From Chloroflexota bacterium (lineage in GTDB: Bacteria; Chloroflexota; Dehalococcoidia; CAUJGQ01), in contig DAINSK010000004.1 of the NCBI GenBank assembly GCA_036741355.1, positions 65,289 to 129,288 on the forward strand: a DNA stretch of 64,000 nt, read 5' to 3'. The position numbers and the translations under genes were made by a program. Below, one piece after another: positions 1-9,070 of this stretch. The notes under the pieces are model-generated. The model saw only the letters and a list, made by a program, of their open reading frames with translations, was not told where the DNA came from and did not search any database. The stretch's first letter is position 1. Every line of letters begins with the position of its first letter.

Positions 1-1586
1 GCTTCCTCGAGTGAAGGGGTTTCCCGGCCCGCGAGGGCGGGTACCCCCGCGGAGGCGGTTGCGGCTGGTTGCGCTATAGACGTGGCCGCGGTATCGGCAA
101 CCGGCGCGGTCGCGGCGTCCACCGGTGCCGTATCGGTTACCGGTTCCGGGGGCAGCACCGCGTCCAGCCGCTGCTGGGCAGCGTCGAGTGCTGCCTGCGC
201 CTGTTGCACCGCTGCCGGATCTGCGGGCGCCGTGACCTGGTTGAATTCTTGCTGGGCCTGGTTAACCCGAAGCTCGACCGTGGCGATATCGTCGGCGCTC
301 GGCGCTGCCACGGCTATTGGCACGGTCGCGGCGATAGGTGCGGCAAGCGTAGACTGGACCGCCGACTGAGGATCTTGTGTGGGAGCGGGTGTTGCCGCGG
401 GGACGCTGTTGCTTTGAACGACGACGTACCCACTTCCACCGCTGCCGTCGCCCGTACCGTCCGGCGAAGAAACCTCATAGGACACGTGATTGGGGTCGCT
501 TGTAGACGGCAGAAACGGCAGCCGGCTGCCGGTAGCGGCGTTCTGGCCAACCACATTAAACGTACCGGGGACTGCCTTTCCCTCGGCGGCAGCAGTCGGA
601 TTTGCCGCTGGAGGCGCTGTCGGTACTGCAGCCGGCGCGGGGATGGCTGTGGCGATCGCCGAAGAGGCCGCAGCCCTGGCTTCAACAACCTGTCTCTGGG
701 CAATGGAAACGGCCTGCTGGGCATCGATCAGCTTGGCTTGCGCTTGTGCGATTTGCGCATCTGAGTACGGGTGCTGCGCTTTCGCAAGCGCCGCCTGCGC
801 GTCGGCAACGTCCTGCTGGGCGGAAGAGACCGCGACGGCGCTCGCCTCCGGTGTGTCAGCTGCGCCCGTTCCCGTCGACTCCGTCTCGCTCGCGCCCGTA
901 GGCGAATTCGTTGGGTCCGCGCTTGCAATAGCGGGCGTGGCGGCGTTTGACTCCAGCATGCGCCGGCTCGCTTCGACCTGCGCCTCTGCCTGCTGCACCG
1001 CCTGCTGTGCGGCGGCGATCTGGCTCGCCGTTGCAGCCTGTTGGAGGGCCTCAACAGCGAGTGTCGCGGTTGCAAGTCGCACCTGGGCGCTCAATACGTC
1101 GCTGAGCGAAGGACCGTCGTACGTGGGCGGCGATGGGATGGCGGCGATGGCCAGCGCAACGATCGACGACGTCTTTGCCTGGTTCACGGCGCTTGCAACC
1201 TGCCACAGGTCCGCGGCGAGCACCGCGCTGACGTGTGAGGGCTGGCGATCAGAGTTGGCTCCGATTCCGGCCGGCAGTCCGACCGTTGACAGCCCAACCG
1301 GTAGACGCACACCGGAGCCCGTGGCGACGATGGTGTGGTCCGTTTGCGATGCCACGGTCTGTTGAACCGGGGCAGCCGTACCAGAAGGCCCCAGGGCATG
1401 CAGCCCGAGCATAGCCAGGACTGCCAACGGAAGAACGGCTGCCATGAGCGGCGTACGACGGCTGCCAAGCTGCCGTCGCAGAAAGCGGTTCGGTCGCGGG
1501 GTTGCGCCGATTGCGACAGCGTCTCCGGAGATTGCAACTGAGAAATTTGTGTCGACGAGCGCCGGACGGCGATGGCGGGCACGCAT
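1..1586 (-). CDS. Partial CDS (C-terminal part lies beyond the window start): secreted or membrane-anchored Ala/Gln-rich low-complexity protein with predicted signal peptide
   Basis: Manual minus-strand translation in a frame not listed in the ORF track. The frame is open from about 1640 to position 1 with no stop. ATG candidates at 1586 and 1445. The product reads ...MAAVLPLAVLAMLGLHALG (hydrophobic signal-like) followed by an Ala/Gln-rich helical repeat region (AQAALAKAQ, AQIAQAQAKLIDAQQAVSIAQ, AVQQAQAALDAAQQRLDAV). The competing listed ORFs here are Arg-rich antisense artefacts. Confidence 0.45.
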   Translation of the reverse strand, partial: MRARHRRPALVDTNFSVAISGDAVAIGATPRPNRFLRRQLGSRRTPLMAAVLPLAVLAMLGLHALGPSGTAAPVQQTVASQTDHTIVATGSGVRLPVGLSTVGLPAGIGANSDRQPSHVSAVLAADLWQVASAVNQAKTSSIVALAIAAIPSPPTYDGPSLSDVLSAQVRLATATLAVEALQQAATASQIAAAQQAVQQAEAQVEASRRMLESNAATPAIASADPTNSPTGASETESTGTGAADTPEASAVAVSSAQQDVADAQAALAKAQHPYSDAQIAQAQAKLIDAQQAVSIAQRQVVEARAAASSAIATAIPAPAAVPTAPPAANPTAAAEGKAVPGTFNVVGQNAATGSRLPFLPSTSDPNHVSYEVSSPDGTGDGSGGSGYVVVQSNSVPAATPAPTQDPQSAVQSTLAAPIAATVPIAVAAPSADDIATVELRVNQAQQEFNQVTAPADPAAVQQAQAALDAAQQRLDAVLPPEPVTDTAPVDAATAPVADTAATSIAQPAATASAGVPALAGRETPSLEE

Positions 1587-1812
1587 GCGTGCCCGCTGGA
1601 TAATCAAAGCCACGTGATATCCCCCGGGGAATGGACTGGTTCTTTAGGGACACACCGCAAAAGAGCGGAAGTGCTCCGCTTTCATGCTAACCGCGGCGCC
1701 GGTTTCGCGTGTTAACAGGCGATTACGGGCGCCAGACGACGGGAACGACCTTTCAACGATACATCATTCCAAGTGCGCCAGTCGCGGCCGCCTCGTCCGT
1801 TCGCGGATGTTG

Positions 1813-3186
1813 CTACAGCTTTAGCAGCGAGTGAAAGCGCTTCTCGCTTCGATAGGGACCTACGATCGCTACTGACAGCCGGTCGCCGCGCAGGATATCC
1901 TCGGCGACGCGCTGGAGATCGGCAGTTGTGACCTTGTCAACGTCCTCGATCACCTCTTCGACCGTCCGCACCTCGCCGAATAACAGCTCTTGCATACCCA
2001 TCCAGCCAGAAACGTTTCGCGTGTCTTCCATCCGCAGAAACGTCCGGCCTTTCGTCAGCTCTCGGGCCTTCTCGAGCTCGGAATCGGGGAAGCCATCCCG
2101 CGTCCGGGCCAGCTCTTCCAGAATGGCGCTCACCGCCTCCGGGGCTTTTTTGGTATCGACACCGGCATAGACGTTGAAGCTGCCCGTGTCCAGGTATTTG
2201 CTCGTGTAACTGTGCACGTCGTAGCAAAGGCTGCGTTTTTCGCGGAGCTCCTGGAAGAGACGGCTGCTCATCCCCTCGCCGACGAGGATGCTGAACAGAT
2301 CGATTGCGTACCGATCCGGATGGCGGCTGGAATAACCGCGCACGGCCATGCTTATGTGCGCCTGCTCCGTCCGCTTGGCTTTCAGCGCCAGCCTGGAGTC
2401 CTGCTGGCAGCCGATGGCCGGAAACCAACTCGTGGACTCGCCGGCCTCCCAGTCACAGAGTTCCCTGTCGATGAGTTCGACGACCTCTTCATGCGTGATA
2501 TTGCCGGCGACACTGACGACGATGTTGTTGGGAACGTACTGGTGGTGGAGATACTGAAGCGCATCGTCGCGGTCGATGCTCAGCACCGTGGATTCGAATC
2601 CTGCTACGTCCCAACCCAGCGGTTGATCGGGGAACATGATCTCGTCGAGCAGCGCCTCAGCCAGTTGCGCCGGGGAGTCGGCAACCGACCGCAACTCTTC
2701 GAGGATGACGGAGCGCTCTTTTTCGACCTCGGCTGGCTCGAACAATGGGCGGCGGAGCATATCGAGCAGGATGTCTGCGGCCAGCTCGAAGTGCGGGCGG
2801 GCGACTTTTACGTAGTAGACGGTCAGCTCCCGGTCGGTGCCGCCGTTTAGCAGGCCGCCTACGCCGTCCACTGCCTCAGAGATCGCGCGCGCTGTCGGCC
2901 GCTTACTCGTGCCTTTGAAGAGCAGATGCTCGACGAAATGGGAGAGTCCCGCCTGCTTCCTGGTTTCGTAGCGGGAGCCAGCGCCAACGTAGATGCTGAT
3001 GCTGACTGAGCGTGTGTGAGGCATGGTCTCGGTGAGGATACGCAGGCCGTTGGACAGCGTGGTGCGTTGATGCAAACAGGTCCGCCCTCTCATCGACAAA
3101 TACGAGGACGAAGGCGAGCCGTGCGGCTCGCCTTCGCTGCCACATTCTATTGGCCGGTTGAAGAGCCGGTCAAACCATGCGGCCAT
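1813..3186 (-). CDS. M16 family zinc peptidase (pitrilysin/insulinase-like)
   Basis: Inverted zinc-binding motif HFVEHLLFKG (HxxEH) near the N-terminus, length about 420-457 aa, two-lobed M16 organisation. Start uncertain (3186 or ATG at 3093). Confidence 0.85.
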   Translation of the reverse strand: MAAWFDRLFNRPIECGSEGEPHGSPSSSYLSMRGRTCLHQRTTLSNGLRILTETMPHTRSVSISIYVGAGSRYETRKQAGLSHFVEHLLFKGTSKRPTARAISEAVDGVGGLLNGGTDRELTVYYVKVARPHFELAADILLDMLRRPLFEPAEVEKERSVILEELRSVADSPAQLAEALLDEIMFPDQPLGWDVAGFESTVLSIDRDDALQYLHHQYVPNNIVVSVAGNITHEEVVELIDRELCDWEAGESTSWFPAIGCQQDSRLALKAKRTEQAHISMAVRGYSSRHPDRYAIDLFSILVGEGMSSRLFQELREKRSLCYDVHSYTSKYLDTGSFNVYAGVDTKKAPEAVSAILEELARTRDGFPDSELEKARELTKGRTFLRMEDTRNVSGWMGMQELLFGEVRTVEEVIEDVDKVTTADLQRVAEDILRGDRLSVAIVGPYRSEKRFHSLLKL

Positions 3187-3253
3187 ACGTTTGGAGCAAC
3201 AGTCCGGCGTCTCTGCGAGCGTGGGCCGCCAACGGCGGCCATCAGACGACCGG

Positions 3254-3802
3254 TCAATTCTCGACGACGGTGCTCTTGATGATTTTATAACCGCTATTCA
3301 GGCAATCGCGCTCCGAGCGCAGGGTATTCGCCGCATAGCTCCTGGGCACGACTACGTAATTGAACTGCCAGAGCGGGCTATATTTCTCCATACCGGGAAC
3401 CGAGTCATAGATGTTCAGTTGCCCCGCCGGCCGCTCAGGCTCGCGAACCAATTTGCCGCCTTCATCCAGCGCTAATTCAAAGACGAGCTGATATTCCTGC
3501 GCTACTTTCACCTTGGTGACGTCGATGTCGACCTCGCCAAGCTCGATGGCGAAGACGATCTTGCCATCGAACCAGACGCGCTCCATCTCCTGCACGTACG
3601 GGTTGTTATAGGAAAGGCGTTCGACACCGCTAGCGGTGTAGCCGGAGACCGACGCACCGGTGCTGACTTCGCCGTCGTCGAACCGCCAGTTTGGTCCTTC
3701 CTGCATGGACATCGGAACCGCATTTGCCCCAGGAATCAGGCTCCCCACGGTGAAGGACCCGCGATCCGGGGCACCAGATGCCGATTGGCTCGAATCGCTC
3801 AT
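3254..3802 (-). CDS. Hypothetical 182-aa protein with N-terminal encapsulin targeting-peptide-like motif (candidate encapsulin cargo)
   Basis: ATG at 3802 preceded by AGGAGA at spacing 6. Ser-rich disordered N-terminus contains DRGSFTVGSLIPG, matching the family-1 cargo-loading peptide consensus (LTVGSL / SLxIGSL). The remainder has normal protein-like composition with no recognisable family. It is divergent from the encapsulin shell gene. Confidence 0.6.
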   Translation of the reverse strand: MSDSSQSASGAPDRGSFTVGSLIPGANAVPMSMQEGPNWRFDDGEVSTGASVSGYTASGVERLSYNNPYVQEMERVWFDGKIVFAIELGEVDIDVTKVKVAQEYQLVFELALDEGGKLVREPERPAGQLNIYDSVPGMEKYSPLWQFNYVVVPRSYAANTLRSERDCLNSGYKIIKSTVVEN

Positions 3803-4017
3803 GACCGGTCTCCTGTGAGTAATGGATTGGTCGGGTCGCGGGCAGCTCGCCGGGCCGAGCCGATCGTAGCTGCTGAAGCGCCGCTCCTTATACTCCCATT
3901 GGCGTTTCCACAGCCACGCGAGTCGTTTCTGACCCCGCGGCGTCCTTTATTAGTCGCCGGCAGTGGCCTACGATGAGTTGGAACGCCGCCGAGACTTGAA
4001 GGAGTGATTCGAAAAGC

Positions 4018-4884
4018 GTGGACTTCCTCATGCGCAGCCAGGGGCCCCTGCGGCCCCAGCAATGGCGGGCCCTAGACGACACCGTAATCCGAATCGCGCG
4101 GGAGTCGCTGACCGGCCGGCGGTTCATCTCCATTTTTGGTCCGCTCGGACCCGGTGTTCAGGCGGTTCCGGATGATCGTTTCCGCGTCAGCGAGGACGGT
4201 GACGTAGACCTGCTTGGTGAGAGCGACGCTGCCAGCATCCAACTCTCCGTCCGCCGCTACCTGCCGATCCCCTTGATCTACAAGGACTTCGTCTTACCCT
4301 GGCGGGATCTCGAGACGAGCTCGCAGTTCGGCAGCCCGCTCGACACCAGCGGTGCGGCCGCGGCCGCGGCCGCGTGCGCCCATACCGAAGACGACCTCAT
4401 CTTTAATGGCAACCTGGCCCTCGATCTGCCCGGTCTGCTCACCGTGGAGGGATCGCAGCGCCTCGCACTCGGCGATTGGAACGTCGCCGGCGAGGCGTTC
4501 GGTGCCATTGTCCAAGCCACGGAGGCGCTTGTTGGCGGGCATTTCTTCGGGCCGTTTACGGTCATCACCAGCCCCGTGTTGTTTGCGCAGTTGAATCGAA
4601 TGTTCGAGAACAGCGGCACACTGACCCTGGAACAGATCCAGAAACTCGTCCGTGGTGGCGTATATCAAACGTCGGCGCTGCCCGAAGGCACTGCGGTCGT
4701 TATCGCCGCCGCGGACGAAAACTTGGATCTGGCGCTCGCCCTGGACATGACGGTTGCTTATGAGGCCGCCGAAAACATGAACCACCGCTTCCGCGTTGTG
4801 GAAGCGGTGGTCTTGCGCATCAAACGCCCGCAATCGATCGTGATTCTTCAGAATCAGATATCGGCGCCGCGGCGGCGCTCCTAA
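4018..4884 (+). CDS. Family 1 encapsulin nanocompartment shell protein (linocin M18-like, HK97 fold)
   Basis: Clear similarity to known family-1 encapsulins (M. tuberculosis/T. maritima type): RRFISIFGPLGPGVQAV aligns to RRVVDV..P.G...AV, DDLIFNGN to EDRxIxxG, and GHFFGPFTVITSPVLFAQL to GVDGPYSxLLSxxxYTKV. Length about 285 aa. Start is GTG 4018 or ATG 4030. Confidence 0.8.
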   Translation: MDFLMRSQGPLRPQQWRALDDTVIRIARESLTGRRFISIFGPLGPGVQAVPDDRFRVSEDGDVDLLGESDAASIQLSVRRYLPIPLIYKDFVLPWRDLETSSQFGSPLDTSGAAAAAAACAHTEDDLIFNGNLALDLPGLLTVEGSQRLALGDWNVAGEAFGAIVQATEALVGGHFFGPFTVITSPVLFAQLNRMFENSGTLTLEQIQKLVRGGVYQTSALPEGTAVVIAAADENLDLALALDMTVAYEAAENMNHRFRVVEAVVLRIKRPQSIVILQNQISAPRRRS

Positions 4885-4920
4885 CCCGTGCCCTCGCGGC
4901 TTGAACGGGTTACTTTGCTG
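4883..4920 (+). terminator. Possible intrinsic terminator after the encapsulin gene
   Basis: Inverted repeat AACCCGT...ACGGGTT immediately after the TAA stop, followed by ACTTTGCTG. The U-tract is weak. Confidence 0.25.
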
Positions 4921-4980
4921 CTAGTACTCGTGAGTGCGGGCCTCGTGCGGAGTGCGGGCGCAGTATGAGGAGTTCGTCGC

Positions 4981-5448
4981 GTGGCAGATACGCAGTCGGT
5001 CATAACGGACGAGATGCGGAAACTGATCGGAGTGGAATCCGAGCCGTGGACGGTTGAAGTTGAAAAGACCGACGTTCGTATGTTCGCTCGTTCGGTTGGC
5101 CATACCGATCCGATCTTCTATGACGAGACGGAAGCGAAGCAACGCGGATACCCATCGATTGTGGCCCCGCCCGGTTATCTTGGCACGCCAATCTTCATGC
5201 CGGGGAGACCCCAACGCGGCGCGGCCCAGTTGAATATCCCCTATAACCGCCGACTCAACGGCGGCACCGAAATCGAGTACTTCGACGATATCTGCGCGGG
5301 CGACGTGCTCAACGCAACCTCGCAGATCGCCAAAATCGAAGAGACTTCCGGCAGGCTGGGCCCGATGGTCATCGTCACGACCGAGACGATCTACCGACGG
5401 GGCAACACGATCGTAGCTAAATTACGTGGTACCGGTATTCGCTATTAA
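4981..5448 (+). CDS. MaoC-like (hotdog fold) dehydratase N-terminal-type domain protein
   Basis: GTG start preceded by GAGGAG. Sequence resembles FAS1-type/HadA-like N-terminal hotdog dehydratase domain proteins (about 155 aa). Confidence 0.65.
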   Translation: MADTQSVITDEMRKLIGVESEPWTVEVEKTDVRMFARSVGHTDPIFYDETEAKQRGYPSIVAPPGYLGTPIFMPGRPQRGAAQLNIPYNRRLNGGTEIEYFDDICAGDVLNATSQIAKIEETSGRLGPMVIVTTETIYRRGNTIVAKLRGTGIRY

Positions 5449-5775
5449 GGGTTATTCGCCAATGCGTAAGATTCGAGGTATAATTCCAGTACCAGAACCG
5501 TCCTCCGCCAAACGATAGACCGGCTTCACGCCCGGTCCTCATCAGGTGTTAATCGTCTGACTACCGAATACGATTCACAGTTTCTCCGATCGAATGACCA
5601 ATAAACGGGGGGGCATATTCGCGTCGCGGCCCTCTTCGGCCTATTTGACAGTTCGACACCGTGTCATGCGGTGCTTTAAAGAGTAGTTCGCGTCTTACAC
5701 GTCGCGCCGTTCAACCGAGCCGGGGGCGCCGACGCCGGTGCCTGCGCTCGCGGAACCGTATCACAGGAGTAGATC

Positions 5776-6828
5776 GTGCCAGGACTAAACGGGGCTCAGG
5801 GCCGCCGCCGGACAAATCAAGCGCGCGTGGGACAGCCACGCGATCAGGACGGCCGGCCGCAAGGGGCGGTTGAGCGCCGAGGCGGTCGCACCTACAAGCC
5901 GGGGTTGCATGATTGGACACCCGGAGCGGCGGGTCGGCGGGCCGACCGGCCGGGCGATGGCGCCACCGGTCGATTTCAGCGACCGTCCGGAAACGACAAC
6001 AAATCCGAGTCTCGTGGAGCGGCCGGTTTCAGGCGGTCGGCGTCTGGACGCCCCTCCCAGGGGGCCGAGTTCGGACCACGTCGGATGAGCGGCTTACGCC
6101 AGTCGGCGCCGGATTCTGCTCCGCGGCAGGGCTCGATGGGCGGTCCGGCGGCGGGATCCCAGGGTGGCGAAAACCGCGGTGGCCCGCCTCCGGCCGGTGA
6201 AGGTCGGGGACCGGCCCGCGTCTGGCAGCCGAAAGGGACGGTGCGCACCGGTATGACGGGAGGGGGTACCCGTTACGGGAGCGAAGAACCGCGCGACGGC
6301 ACCGACCGTAGCCGTTACGGCCGCTATGCGCAGGTTGTTCGACCACAGTCCGGCGGATCGTCTGGGCGCGGAGGCGAAAACGGCAACCAACAAGACGTTC
6401 AGGTTCTCCCGCGGAGCGGGCGTCCGGTTGTTGATCGCCCATACCGGCAATCCATTGGCCTGGGCAACCGGAACCCGCGGCCGGCCGCTCAACGCCCACA
6501 GTCCTCCGGTCCTGGTCGCCGGCCGGGATTCACCCCGCGACCGCAGGGCCGGCCCGCACAGCGCGTGGGGACCACCGGCTCTCCCAACGCACGCGTTACA
6601 GGTCGTCAGTACGCCGATCTAGATCACGTCGATGACGCCGGATCAGGCGACTTCTCGTTCCGTGATGGCACAGACGAGGTTGCTTCATCCGGGGAGCTCG
6701 CGCGGGCTACTGTGTCCCGCCACGCGCAGCGACAACTTATCGCTGATCCGGGCGTGGGCGTATCCGAGGAACAGCCATTTCAACCCGTCCGGACCCATAG
6801 CCCGCGAAGACGCACTCCTAGAACGTAG
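5776..6828 (+). CDS. Hypothetical Arg/Gly/Pro/Gln-rich intrinsically disordered protein (350 aa)
   Basis: GTG start with AGGAG at spacing 6. The whole ORF is low-complexity (RGG-like, PRPQ-rich) and no globular domain is recognisable. Third-codon positions are mostly G/C, consistent with coding in this genome. Preceded by a ~320-bp relatively AT-rich leader. Confidence 0.35.
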   Translation: MPGLNGAQGRRRTNQARVGQPRDQDGRPQGAVERRGGRTYKPGLHDWTPGAAGRRADRPGDGATGRFQRPSGNDNKSESRGAAGFRRSASGRPSQGAEFGPRRMSGLRQSAPDSAPRQGSMGGPAAGSQGGENRGGPPPAGEGRGPARVWQPKGTVRTGMTGGGTRYGSEEPRDGTDRSRYGRYAQVVRPQSGGSSGRGGENGNQQDVQVLPRSGRPVVDRPYRQSIGLGNRNPRPAAQRPQSSGPGRRPGFTPRPQGRPAQRVGTTGSPNARVTGRQYADLDHVDDAGSGDFSFRDGTDEVASSGELARATVSRHAQRQLIADPGVGVSEEQPFQPVRTHSPRRRTPRT

Positions 6829-6904
6829 TCCCAGGTCTCGTTGGGCTGTCAGCCCATAAGACCAGTACGCACAAGTTCTAAACTGCTGGGCCGAGGTGTG
6901 GTAG

Positions 6905-7327
6905 CTAGGGCCGGTTGGTTGCAGCGGCGCGATGGCCGTTGGCATCGCGTTGCTCAGTGAAGCGGGACAACACGCCCAGAAGGTCGTCGAGCTCGAACGG
7001 CTTGCGTAGGAAGGCATCGAACGACGCGCCGCGCGGATCTACGGCGCTCATGCCCACAATGGGCATAGTACGTGCAGGACGGCGCTCGCGAAGGCGCCTG
7101 CACAATTCCCAGCCATTTACCCTCGGCATCATCAGATCGGTAAGCACGAAGGTTGGTTGCTCGCGATCCACTTTGGCCAGCGCGTCATTGCCGTCGCCCG
7201 CGGTCTCCACGCGGTAACCGTTGTCTTCCAGGGCCAACCGCAGAAACTCGATGATTCCCGGCTCGTCGTCTACCACAAGGACAAGCGGCTGAGACGGCTG
7301 GACACTACGCTGCGCCAATTTTGTCAT
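6905..7327 (-). CDS. Single-domain response regulator (CheY-like receiver)
   Basis: LVLVVDDEPGIIEFLRLALEDNGYRVETAGDGNDALAKV...TDLMMPRVNGWEL...KPFELDDLL is a receiver domain with phospho-acceptor Asp context and no output domain. Start taken at the internal ATG (7327) just upstream of the receiver fold. Confidence 0.75.
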   Translation of the reverse strand: MTKLAQRSVQPSQPLVLVVDDEPGIIEFLRLALEDNGYRVETAGDGNDALAKVDREQPTFVLTDLMMPRVNGWELCRRLRERRPARTMPIVGMSAVDPRGASFDAFLRKPFELDDLLGVLSRFTEQRDANGHRAAATNRP

Positions 7328-7504
7328 CACTGCAACGCCGTTTGTTGAGATCGTGGGGTGGATCTTGGCGCTAACCATAGCGCCCCGGTGCACATCTGGC
7401 GATACTCCGTTAAGGGAGTTGGTCCGACTAGGCGGAGTAAGCTTGGTTATGGTCGAGCTAAGCAGTGCGTGCCGTCGTTCGCAGCGCAATACGGAAAGAC
7501 ACGG

Positions 7505-8926
7505 TCAGCTCAACGAAAGGTGCAGTTGCCTCGCCGCTGCCGGCTCCGGCGCGTCAACATCCGACTCAGACCAGAGCTCGGTGACCCTTTGAGACGCTTC
7601 ACGCGCTTCCTCAATATGGCCGGTTGTCGCATTCAAGCGGCTCAGGCGGTAGAAGTCGCGAGGCGACGGCCTGCGGTCGAGTCGCTCGCGGAGGCGTTGC
7701 TCGGCGGCCTCATACCGACCTGTCCGAAGCAGCGCCTCGAGCAGGGTGTCGTGGAAGACCTCCCGCTGCGCCTTGCTGCCGCCCACGAGGTAGATGCGGT
7801 CCTCGATAGGGTCGATCAGCGCCACGGTCGCGTCGTAATCGGCGTTCGCGAATGCGATAAGCCCCTGCAGCAACGGCAAAGCGACGTCACCGGCTGTCGA
7901 GTTGCCGCGTGCGCCGCGAGCCCGAAATGACTCCAGGAGCCTGTCCAAGGGCTCCTGTTGCGCCGTCGTCGCGAGCGCCATGCCGTGGTGCAGGTCAGCG
8001 AATATCATTCCCGGCGCCGCGCGATCATTTGAGATAACACCAAGCTCCTGCCACAACTCCGGGCGGGACTGGCCCGAATAGGCGTCGGTTCGCCAAAGCA
8101 ACGAGATCGGGTCGTAGAGTTGAAACGAGCCCGGTTGCGCCGCCGGACGGATGTGCGACTCGTAGAGATCAAAAACCCGCGAGTACTGGCCGCGAGCCAA
8201 TAAAAAGAGCGCCAGGTGCCACGATAGGTGTAGATGCATGCCGCCGCGGCGGTCGTACGTATCTAGCCAGCCGGGCATGAACGCCGCCCCCTCGCCAACC
8301 TCGCCCGTCTCGTAGAAAACGTGCGCGATCGCGTGGGTCGTGAAGGCGGCCAACGGATAGCGCTCCAGCGATAGCAACGCGGCTCGACGTGCTTCCTCGT
8401 ATCGCCGGACCTCCTGCAGGGCAAACGCGTGCAACCCCAGGTAGAACCAATCGTCCGCAGCGTAGCCACGGCCGGCCGTCTCGGTCACCTGCACCATCTC
8501 GTCTTGCCGTCCGGCAAAGAGCAGGCTCGTGACGCTGCTGTTGAGCATCAGCGCGTCATTCGGGAATTCCTGTAGCTGCTCTCGCATCCGCTCGATTGCC
8601 ATTGGACCCCTTCCGCTCGTCGCATCGACCACGGCGGCAGCGTGCTGTCGTTCCCGCCGCGAAGCCCGCGACGCGAGCCGGCCCGCGGCTTCCGCCGAAG
8701 CGCGGGCCTCGCCCAGTCGCAGGTCTCGCAGGTGCACCAGCGCCAGCGCAGAGTGAGCCAGAGCAAAGTCCGGGTCTTCCGCGATCGAAGCCTCGAAGAA
8801 TCCGGCAGGGTTGACACCGTGGGCAAGTACACATTCCTGGCCGGCCGCGTAAGACGCCGCCGCTCGGTCCGACGACGTGCTGATGGGAAGGCCGTACCGG
8901 TCCTCGCGCGTGGCTGTTGCCGTCAC
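7505..8926 (-). CDS. Tetratricopeptide-repeat (TPR) protein
   Basis: 473-aa helical-repeat protein with repeated A/L/Y/W-rich TPR-like units and no catalytic motifs. Confidence 0.55.
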   Translation of the reverse strand: MTATATREDRYGLPISTSSDRAAASYAAGQECVLAHGVNPAGFFEASIAEDPDFALAHSALALVHLRDLRLGEARASAEAAGRLASRASRRERQHAAAVVDATSGRGPMAIERMREQLQEFPNDALMLNSSVTSLLFAGRQDEMVQVTETAGRGYAADDWFYLGLHAFALQEVRRYEEARRAALLSLERYPLAAFTTHAIAHVFYETGEVGEGAAFMPGWLDTYDRRGGMHLHLSWHLALFLLARGQYSRVFDLYESHIRPAAQPGSFQLYDPISLLWRTDAYSGQSRPELWQELGVISNDRAAPGMIFADLHHGMALATTAQQEPLDRLLESFRARGARGNSTAGDVALPLLQGLIAFANADYDATVALIDPIEDRIYLVGGSKAQREVFHDTLLEALLRTGRYEAAEQRLRERLDRRPSPRDFYRLSRLNATTGHIEEAREASQRVTELWSESDVDAPEPAAARQLHLSLS

Positions 8927-9070
8927 GGTCGTTACTCCTCGTCGCTGGTCGCTCGAACGTCAGGCGGTCGCCACGCCGGATTTTAGCAGACGGGGGCCCT
9001 TTGGCTGGCTATGCTAGACTTTCGGCACTGCCGACAAGACCAGTTCGACGACATCAAGGCCACGTGAGGC

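Noticed and set aside
490-1365. 291-aa plus-strand ORF (Cys/Ala-rich) and the Arg-rich minus ORFs 314-724, 728-1075, 1184-1582, 1249-1653
   Set aside because: Compositions are typical of wrong-frame or antisense translation of GC-rich DNA. A third minus-strand frame encodes a coherent signal-peptide plus Ala/Gln-repeat protein across the same region.
1990-2850. 286-aa plus-strand ORF
   Set aside because: Antisense of the M16 peptidase gene.
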